Part shown: positions 57,640 to 64,000 of the stretch, piece after piece
How the letters are laid out: every line of letters begins with the position of its first letter
Position numbering within the stretch: position 1 is the first letter of the stretch
Source: an uncultured Planctomycetales bacterium
GTDB taxonomy: Bacteria > Omnitrophota > Gorgyraeia > Zapsychrales > JANLHA01
Direction of reading: 5' to 3'
Assembly: GCA_964450385.1 (NCBI GenBank)
Contig: CAYVEC010000011.1
Coordinates: 150-64,149, forward strand
Length of the DNA: 64,000 nt
Notes under the pieces: generated by a model
The model's input: only the letters and a program-made list of their open reading frames with translations
Database searches by the model: none
What the model was told of the DNA's origin: nothing
Position numbers and translations under genes: made by a program

Positions 57640-59675
57640 TGATGAGACGATGGCAGAAGATCGTTCAGAGCACGCCGTTCCGGTTGTGCGTGATGGCAGC
57701 GGCCGTGGCCTTGCTCTATGGTCATGTGGTCCGGGCCCCGTTTCATTTCGATGACATTGCTTTTATTAAGAACAACACATATCTGCAACGGGTCTCGGAC
57801 CTCCGGGCGATCTGGGGGCAGCCGTATTCGCGACTGAATTTTTTTACCTTCGTGTCGTTCGCGATCAATTACCATCTTGGGAAATGGGAAACGCTCGGGT
57901 ATCATTTGGTCAACATCGGCCTCCATCTCGTGAACGGGATCCTGGTCTTTTTCGTGGCGCGGTGGATACTGACCCTCGCGGATCATCGGAAACGGTTGTC
58001 CGCTAGTGAGATCGGGACGTTGGCCTTTGGGACCGCGATGATCTTTCTCGTGCACCCAGTGCAGGTCCACTCTGTGACCTATATCTGGTCGCGGTCGGAA
58101 TTGTTGTCAGGTCTGTTTTCTCTGCTCGCTGTTGTGATGTATCTGAAGGCCCGGGTCGAGCGGCAGGGGTGGTGGTTCCTGGCGGCTTCGGTCATGGCCA
58201 TGATCGGTCTCTTTTCCCGGGGGAATAATTTTATCCTGCCCCTGATCGTGCTCCTGATCGAATCCGTGTGCTTTGGCGGGGGATGGATGAGGCGTGTGTC
58301 GTGGCGGCGGTTAGGGCTCGCGGTCGTCGGGCTGGGAATCATCGGAGGGATCGCGGGGCTCGCGGGGCCCGCGGTTCTGCGCCTCCTATCTATGGACTGG
58401 GTCTTTAAGGGGGAATTCACACCGCTTGTCTATGCCCTTAATCAGCCACAGGTTGTTTTCCGGTATATCGGATTGTGCCTTTGGCCTTTTGGATTGAGCC
58501 TGGATCATCATGTCTTGTTTTATGCCAATCTTTTAAGCCCTCGGGTCATCGGCCCGCTTGTGGCCCTGGTGGCCGTCTTCGCCGGCGTCATTGTCCTTTA
58601 TCGTCGAGACCGTTTGCTAGGAGCCGGGCCCGTGTGGTTTTTTATTTGGTTGATTCCGGTATCGACCGTGTTTCCGCTTGTGACGGTCATGGCCGAAAGC
58701 CGTCTCTACATGCCGATGTTTGGTTTTGCTTTGTGTGCGATGACGATCATGATGCGGATCAAGGTCTCGGCGTGGGCGCGTCACACCCTTACGGTCGGCG
58801 TTGTTTTCTTTCTGGCGCTCGTCACGACTGCGAGGAATTATTATTGGCAGGACTCGTTTCTCCTGTTAGAGGATGTCGTGCGGAGGTATCCCAATTATGC
58901 GCGTCCTTATTTGGGGCTCGGGAATCTTTATGAGGAGCGCGGCGATCATGAGACGGCCCTGCGGTGTTTTCACCGGGTGCTGGCCCTTGAGCCTCGGAGC
59001 GCGGAGGCCTTGAATAACATCGGGATTATTTGGATAAAGAAGAAAGATTATCAGAAGGCCGAGGTCTTTTTTGTCGAGGCGGTGGCGGCCAACCCTGATT
59101 TTCTTAACGCCCATATCAATCTTGGGAATGCTATGATCCTGAGCGGCAAGTATGACGACGCTCGTGAGGTATTCCGGCGGGCTGTGGTCAAAGGGGCCGG
59201 GGCCTGGGCGCACGCAGGGATCGGTGTTGCTAATTTCCGAATGGGGCGTCTGAAGGAGGCTCAGGATTCTCTGACGCAGGCGGTTGTGCTCGATCCGAAA
59301 AATTTTTATGCGATTCTCCAACTCGCACACACGTGTGTCGCGCAGAACGATATTGTTGCAGCCAGATGGATGTATGAAACGGCGGCCAAGCTTGAGCCGG
59401 AGAATTATACGGTCGCGTATAATCTCGGGCGGGTTTATTTAAAACTCGGGCTTGTGCCGTGGGCGGAACTAAGTTTTTTGCGCGCGGCCAAGGTCCGGCC
59501 CGGAACAGCGGCCCCGTATATCGAGCTCGCCCGTTTATCCGCGTCCAGGGGTGAGATGAAGAAATTCACGCGGTACATGGGGGAGGTTGAAAAGATGGCC
59601 CATTCCTCGGCGGTGGATGACGCGGGGGACGCGCTGCCTTTATTTTCTTCAGGTGTCGGGGTCAAAGGATATTGA
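57639..59675 (+). CDS. TMTC-like GT-C glycosyltransferase: N-terminal polytopic membrane domain (DUF1736-type, HFDD motif) plus C-terminal TPR repeats
   Basis: APFHFDDIAFIKNN motif. About 10 TM helices. C-terminal TPR repeats. Start at TAATG overlap with the upstream stop; track ORF begins at 57396. Confidence 0.7.
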   Translation: MMRRWQKIVQSTPFRLCVMAAAVALLYGHVVRAPFHFDDIAFIKNNTYLQRVSDLRAIWGQPYSRLNFFTFVSFAINYHLGKWETLGYHLVNIGLHLVNGILVFFVARWILTLADHRKRLSASEIGTLAFGTAMIFLVHPVQVHSVTYIWSRSELLSGLFSLLAVVMYLKARVERQGWWFLAASVMAMIGLFSRGNNFILPLIVLLIESVCFGGGWMRRVSWRRLGLAVVGLGIIGGIAGLAGPAVLRLLSMDWVFKGEFTPLVYALNQPQVVFRYIGLCLWPFGLSLDHHVLFYANLLSPRVIGPLVALVAVFAGVIVLYRRDRLLGAGPVWFFIWLIPVSTVFPLVTVMAESRLYMPMFGFALCAMTIMMRIKVSAWARHTLTVGVVFFLALVTTARNYYWQDSFLLLEDVVRRYPNYARPYLGLGNLYEERGDHETALRCFHRVLALEPRSAEALNNIGIIWIKKKDYQKAEVFFVEAVAANPDFLNAHINLGNAMILSGKYDDAREVFRRAVVKGAGAWAHAGIGVANFRMGRLKEAQDSLTQAVVLDPKNFYAILQLAHTCVAQNDIVAARWMYETAAKLEPENYTVAYNLGRVYLKLGLVPWAELSFLRAAKVRPGTAAPYIELARLSASRGEMKKFTRYMGEVEKMAHSSAVDDAGDALPLFSSGVGVKGY

Positions 59676-59751
59676 TGATCCGCTCCTTGCAAAACGGGCG
59701 GATCCGTGATATAGAGAAGGGGTTGATGTTAATCGAAAACAGGAGACGCGT

Positions 59752-60252
59752 ATGTTGGCTGTCGGACTTGTGGTGATCGGGATCCTGGCTCGGATCATGA
59801 TGCACAGCGCGAATTTTACGCCGGTGCTTGCCATTGCGCTTTTTGGAGGGGTGTATTTAAATCGTCGGGCGGCGCTCTGGCTGCCGGTCGCCCTCATGGC
59901 GGTCACAGACACGGTCTTGGGGTGGCATCCGCTTATCCCGTTCACCTGGGGGAGCATGGTCCTCGTCGCCCTTTTGGGCATGAGTCAGCGCGGCCGCATG
60001 CGGCCGTCCGGGGTCGCTCTCTCGTCGGTTGCGGCGGCGGTTCTCTTTTTTGTGATCACGAATTTCGGGGCGTGGCTTCTCATGTATCCGAGGGACCTCG
60101 CTGGATTTGTTTCGTGTTATCTCGCGGCGGTGCCGTTCTTTCGGCAGACGCTGTTGAGCACCGTGATGTACACGGCAGTGTTGTTTGTCTCGTATGAATG
60201 GATGGCCCGGCGGGTCCAATCGACCCGGCTGGCCTGGGTGGTTGAGGGATAG
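59752..60252 (+). CDS. Small polytopic membrane protein (about 5 TM helices), possibly ECF-type S-component-like
   Basis: 166 aa, very hydrophobic. RBS AGGAGA. No motif recognised with confidence. Confidence 0.5.
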   Translation: MLAVGLVVIGILARIMMHSANFTPVLAIALFGGVYLNRRAALWLPVALMAVTDTVLGWHPLIPFTWGSMVLVALLGMSQRGRMRPSGVALSSVAAAVLFFVITNFGAWLLMYPRDLAGFVSCYLAAVPFFRQTLLSTVMYTAVLFVSYEWMARRVQSTRLAWVVEG

Positions 60253-60261
60253 GAAGGACAT

Positions 60262-60484
60262 GATGGTGTGCCGGTCCCCTCGGTGAGCGAGGGGGGCAAC
60301 AGGGAAAACTGGTGAGAGTCCAGTACGGTCCCGCCGCTGTCATGGCGCGATGCGCCAGAGTCAGAAGGCCTGCCGGCATGTGGTGCGTGGTTGCGAAAGA
60401 CAGCCTCTGCGCGCCGAGATTAGGGTGAAGCGACGGGTGCAATCCTGATCGGACAGGTGTGTCTGGTCAGGGTTTTTCTTTTAT
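60262..60484 (+). promoter_or_regulatory. Cobalamin (AdoCbl) riboswitch with terminator-type expression platform
   Basis: GGTGTGCC...AACAGGGAAAACTGGTGAGAGTCCAGTACGGTCCCGCCGCTGTCA...AGTCAGAAGGCCTGCC matches the RF00174 core (AAnAGGGAA, GGTGnnAnTCC, CCCGCnnCTGT B12 box, AGnCAGnnnnCCTGCC). Hairpin plus T-tract at 60445-60484. Confidence 0.8.
60445..60484 (+). terminator. Intrinsic terminator hairpin forming the riboswitch expression platform
   Basis: CCTGATCGGACAGG-TGTG-TCTGGTCAGG imperfect hairpin followed by GTTTTTCTTTT. Confidence 0.55.
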
Positions 60485-60511
60485 AGCGGTCGAAAACAGA
60501 AAGGGGACGGG

Positions 60512-62545
60512 GTGCGGGGGAGGAGACGGCGAGCATATTTTAATATCGTTGGGATGATCGGTCTCTGCCTCGGCGCGGATCCGGCCGCGGCCGGTGAGGG
60601 GGTGGCGCTTGAGCCGATCGTCGTCACCGGGACACGGCCGGCCCAGTCAGGGGGCGAGTACGGCGGGAACATCACGGTGATCGGTCCGCGCGAGATCGCC
60701 TCAAGCGGGGCGTCGGATCTCGCCGGGCTCCTCGCGTCGGTGCCGGGTGTTTTTATGACTAAAAAGGGGAACAGTCGCAGCGCGATCACGGATATCCGGG
60801 GTTTTGGGGATACCGCGGACCGCAACGTGGTGATCCTTATCGACGGTAGGCGGCTCAATAGTGCAGACAATGCCGCAGTGGATCTTTCGATGGTCCCGCT
60901 TGAGGCCATTGACCGTGTCGAGGTCATGCGGGGGGCGGGATCGGTGTTTTATGGGGACAATGCGGTAGGTGGGGTGGTGAATATTATTACGAAAAAAGGC
61001 CGGGGCCCGGCCGAGACCGCGGTGACCGCGACCGCCGGGAGCTATGGAGCGCGCTCAGCGGGAATGAGCACCGGCGGCGGCGAGGCGGCGTGGTCGTATT
61101 TTCTTTTTTCAGAATATGCCGACAGGGCCGGGTATCGGGCCAACAGCGATGTCTTATCCGCGAATGGAGGGGTCCGGCTCGGGCATGTTGTTTCTAAGCG
61201 CCTCTCGCTTGACGCGGATATGATCTGGCATGAGGATGACTACGGCCTGCCGGGAGGTCTCAATGACGCGGGGCTCGCCAGCCTTGGCCGTCGGGGTTCG
61301 GATGAGGAGGAGAATAACGGTCAGACCCGCGACCGGACCATGGGCCTCGCGCTCACGGCCCGTCCGTGGGAGGATCCGTCGGTGGATGGGACGGTGACCG
61401 CGGAATATTTCTTCAGGAATCAGGACAGCTATGGCTGGTATGATTACGGATCGTGGGGCGCGCATGCCACCAAACGGGCGATCGACACCCATGGGGTCCT
61501 AGTGAAATACGCCCATCGCGGTGAGGTGGCCGGCCGGGCCTATACCGCGGTCATCGGGACCGACCTTTACGCGGTCACGAATGATATTTTAGGGAGCGGG
61601 GAAGGACTGTCGGCGAGCAGTGATGATCTCACGATCACGAAGGATGAGATCGGTCTTTACGCGTATACCGAACTTGAGGCCGTGTCACGCGTGTTCGTTG
61701 GTGTCGGGGGGCGGCGTCAGTCGGCCCGGTACGCTTTTGATCAGCGGAGCGGGACCCCGGCCCAGACGACCCGCGAACCATCCGAGACCGTGGGCAAGTG
61801 GCTCATCCGTTATGAATACGCCGAGCGGTCGAATCTGTATGTTTCGGCGGAGGAGACCTTTCGTTTCCTCTCGACGGATGAATGGTATAGCACCTGGACA
61901 GGTCTTGACACCACCCTGGCGCATCAGCGCGGGGTCCAGTATGAGCTCGGTTGGCGGCATGATATCGAAGGCATGGCGCAGGTCTCCGTCGTGCCCTACT
62001 GGATTGATCTTGAGGACGAGATCTTTCTGGACCCGAGCGTGTCCCCCGGGCATAACGCGAATTATGACGAGACCCGCCGGCGCGGGATCGAGGTCTCCGG
62101 ATCATGGGACCTGTTGAGGTGCGTTTCGGCGCCGGGGCTTAGCGAGTGGCGGGTCGCTGCGGATTATCGGTATCAGGAGGCGGAGTTTACGGAGGGAAAT
62201 TTTTCAGGCCGGGATGTGCCGATGGCCCCCCGGCATCAGGCCGGGATCCGGATGAACGGCCGGGCGCGTTCGGGACTCGGGCTCTCGGTGGGTGAGCGTC
62301 TGACAGGGGCGCGGTATGTGATCAATGATATAGCCAACGCCCTGCCTCAGGAAGAGGCCTATTGGGTCACGGATGTTGAGACCTCCTTTAAAAAAGAGGA
62401 ATGGGAGGTGTGGCTGCGTTTGGAGAATCTTTTCGCACGACGCTATCATGAGATGGCGGTGAAATCCGCGGGGGATTCGATGAATGTCGAATATTATCCG
62501 GCGCCGGGTCGCGCGGTCGTGGTTGGGGCGAAGTGGGTGTTTTGA
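60512..62545 (+). CDS. TonB-dependent outer-membrane receptor, BtuB-like (cobalamin uptake inferred from riboswitch)
   Basis: Signal peptide. TonB box-like EPIVVTG. Plug domain (NITVIGPREI...LEAIDRVEVMRG). Beta-barrel ending with an aromatic C-terminal residue (WVF). GTG start at 60512 with RBS AAAGGGGA. Confidence 0.85.
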   Translation: MRGRRRRAYFNIVGMIGLCLGADPAAAGEGVALEPIVVTGTRPAQSGGEYGGNITVIGPREIASSGASDLAGLLASVPGVFMTKKGNSRSAITDIRGFGDTADRNVVILIDGRRLNSADNAAVDLSMVPLEAIDRVEVMRGAGSVFYGDNAVGGVVNIITKKGRGPAETAVTATAGSYGARSAGMSTGGGEAAWSYFLFSEYADRAGYRANSDVLSANGGVRLGHVVSKRLSLDADMIWHEDDYGLPGGLNDAGLASLGRRGSDEEENNGQTRDRTMGLALTARPWEDPSVDGTVTAEYFFRNQDSYGWYDYGSWGAHATKRAIDTHGVLVKYAHRGEVAGRAYTAVIGTDLYAVTNDILGSGEGLSASSDDLTITKDEIGLYAYTELEAVSRVFVGVGGRRQSARYAFDQRSGTPAQTTREPSETVGKWLIRYEYAERSNLYVSAEETFRFLSTDEWYSTWTGLDTTLAHQRGVQYELGWRHDIEGMAQVSVVPYWIDLEDEIFLDPSVSPGHNANYDETRRRGIEVSGSWDLLRCVSAPGLSEWRVAADYRYQEAEFTEGNFSGRDVPMAPRHQAGIRMNGRARSGLGLSVGERLTGARYVINDIANALPQEEAYWVTDVETSFKKEEWEVWLRLENLFARRYHEMAVKSAGDSMNVEYYPAPGRAVVVGAKWVF

Positions 62546-62712
62546 CCGTGCGCTGAGCGGACCGAGGCGTGGCTGATTTCTGTGGGGGCATTTGTTTCGT
62601 GGAGGGAACCCCCTAGACACTGCGGGTAAAATCTGTTATAAATCTGGAGTCATCATGGGCGGGGCCGCCCGGTAGTCATTGATAAATAATATCATTTTAA
62701 TGTGTTTCTTGT

Positions 62713-62789
62713 GACCCAGTAGCTCAGGTGGATAGAGCAACTGCCTTCTAAGCAGTAGGTCGCACGTTCGAATCGTGCCTGGGTCACCA
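62713..62789 (+). tRNA. tRNA-Arg (anticodon UCU), CCA encoded
   Basis: Manual cloverleaf: acceptor GACCCAG/CTGGGTC, D arm GCTC-AGGTGGATA-GAGC, anticodon stem ACTGC/GCAGT with loop CTTCTAA, T arm GCACG-TTCGAAT-CGTGC, 3' ACCA. Confidence 0.85.
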
Positions 62790-62976
62790 TTTTGTTGTGA
62801 CGCGATGATTTGGGGTACGATGAGAACGCGGTTCGACAACGCGCGTTTTCTCATGTTTGTTCAGCGGGAGCGGAATCGTGCGGCGGTCATTGATTTATTT
62901 TTTCAAAGTGGCGGCGCTCGGGGTTGCGGGGAGAGAGCGTCAGGCTGCGTGAAATATTCTGTTGGGGATCTCGTCG

Positions 62977-64000
62977 ATGATGAAGAGTTTTCGGCTGGTC
63001 TTGATCTGGTTGGGTGTCGCCGCGATGCTGGGGATGGTCGCCTGTTATTATTATGTCGAGGCCCAGGGCCGGACCTTTCTCGAACGGAAGCTCAGCACCC
63101 TTTTTGAACAGCCGGTGTCGATTGCGGACGTGCGGTTCTTGCCTCCTTTCGGGTTTAGATTTAAGAATTTGACAATCCAGGGTTTTTTTAGCGCCGAGGA
63201 TGTCTGGATTCAGCTTAATATTCCCCTTGTTTTTCAGCACCGGCTTCTTGTGCACCGGCTCCGGCTTATCCGTCCGGCCTTTGTTGTGATCCGCGATGAA
63301 GAGCGACTGTTGAAATTCGGCGGTGCCTATTTGGCGCAGCGCGAGCGGCTTCTGCAGGACGTGCCGCTAGAATCGAGCGCCTTGGCCCGAGGGGTCAATG
63401 TCGAGCACCTTGAGATCGAGGACGGGGTCGTTGAGATTTTTGATCTCGGCCGTCCGGTGAGCCAGCAGTATCGGCTGGACCAGGTCCAGGTTCGGGCGTT
63501 CGGGGCCACGTATCCGATGACGGATCAGAGGCTGCGCTTTGAGGCGGAGTCGGCGATCCCTCAACCAATCGGGCTCCTCATGGCCGGGACCGCGGCCGCT
63601 GACGGGTGGATCAATTGGCCGAAGGGCGAGATGGCGGTCGGGGTGAATTTTTTAAGTGAGACCGGCGCGACGTCGGTCACGGCCCATCTGAAAGGTCAGC
63701 AGCATGATCTGGCGGTATCCGGCAGGCTTGGGTTTGATCCGGGAAAGGCCGGAGATGCGGACGAATTCGGGCATCTTCAGCATCCGTTGTTCGGGGGCTT
63801 GGTGCGGACCGCGCTTGGCCAGGCGCGATCCCCTGTTGAGGCGGGGTTCGCGTTTCAGACCCGGATGGACCATCCCGTGATCCAGGGCATTGATATCTCG
63901 GGCGAGATCGATGTCGCGGGCTGGATGAGCGGGGGGTGGATGAAGGTCAAGGAGCCGGCCCCAAGGATGTTGTTAAAGCCTTTGGAATTTTTAAGCGGCG
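62977..64000 (+). CDS. AsmA-family/DUF748-like envelope protein, 5' part (open frame continues past the window end; absent from the ORF track because it has no stop)
   Basis: ATG 62977, then 341 sense codons with no stop in ~62% GC DNA. N-terminal TM anchor MMKSFRLVLIWLGVAAMLGMVA. LERKLSTLFEQPVSIADVRF resembles AsmA/TamB-like N-termini. Confidence 0.55.
   Translation, partial: MMKSFRLVLIWLGVAAMLGMVACYYYVEAQGRTFLERKLSTLFEQPVSIADVRFLPPFGFRFKNLTIQGFFSAEDVWIQLNIPLVFQHRLLVHRLRLIRPAFVVIRDEERLLKFGGAYLAQRERLLQDVPLESSALARGVNVEHLEIEDGVVEIFDLGRPVSQQYRLDQVQVRAFGATYPMTDQRLRFEAESAIPQPIGLLMAGTAAADGWINWPKGEMAVGVNFLSETGATSVTAHLKGQQHDLAVSGRLGFDPGKAGDADEFGHLQHPLFGGLVRTALGQARSPVEAGFAFQTRMDHPVIQGIDISGEIDVAGWMSGGWMKVKEPAPRMLLKPLEFLSG

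Noticed and set aside
62657-62670. Palindrome GGGCGGGGCCGCCC after the TonB receptor as a terminator
   Set aside because: It is GC-only and not followed by a T-tract. It could still be a structured element, but it cannot be called an intrinsic terminator.
62673-62701. Promoter for tRNA-Arg (TAGTCA-17-TTTAAT)
   Set aside because: Both hexamers are weak matches. They are plausible only because of position, so they are not listed as a feature.
62775-63107. Track ORF of 110 aa on the + strand
   Set aside because: It overlaps the 5' part of tRNA-Arg. It is in a different frame from the much longer stop-free AsmA-like frame starting at 62977.

Overview
High-GC (about 60-65% by eye) bacterial chromosome segment. 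Every gene I can support is on the + strand. LptD, a GT9 heptosyltransferase, a heptose-nucleotide pathway and a TonB-dependent receptor suggest a diderm organism. The window contains four blocks. (1) 137-9139: a heat-shock locus, signal-peptide Hsp20 - ClpB - membrane protein - [sigma70 promoter + CIRCE] - short HrcA - GrpE - DnaK - DnaJ - FmdB zinc ribbon. (2) 9355-18163: DUF1015, AccD, an orphan MalK-like ABC ATPase, two tandem TM-GAF-GGDEF diguanylate cyclases, a ROK kinase and LptD. (3) 18197-35775: a large glycan/LPS-type biosynthesis locus. It encodes two UDP-sugar dehydrogenases, UDP-GlcA decarboxylase, a TPP-dependent E1 alpha/beta pair, an Fcl-like SDR whose catalytic residues are replaced, a second SDR, a B12-binding radical SAM enzyme, HddA/HddC/GmhB heptose activation, two DegT aminotransferases, a deacetylase, GT9, GT2 and a UgtP-like GT28. 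(4) 35852-43783: PriA with a degenerate Walker A, Fmt, two tandem GalT-like HIT enzymes (one with the nucleophilic His replaced), GAPDH, and a lower-GC, Cys-rich 584-aa pilin-like protein. tRNA-Pro(UGG), with a consensus promoter, sits at 44005-44081. It is followed (44155-59675) by a second glycan module: three tandem sulfotransferases, a GT92-like protein, several GT4/GT2 enzymes, an MsbA-like ABC exporter, a GtrB-like GT2, an FAD oxidoreductase and a TMTC-like GT-C/TPR glycosyltransferase. The window ends with a small membrane protein, a cobalamin riboswitch controlling a BtuB-like TonB-dependent receptor, tRNA-Arg(UCU), and a 3'-truncated AsmA-like open frame that the ORF track does not list. 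No CRISPR array, rRNA gene or recognisable mobile element was found. The long minus-strand ORFs in the track are antisense to conserved + strand genes and are treated as GC-driven artefacts.
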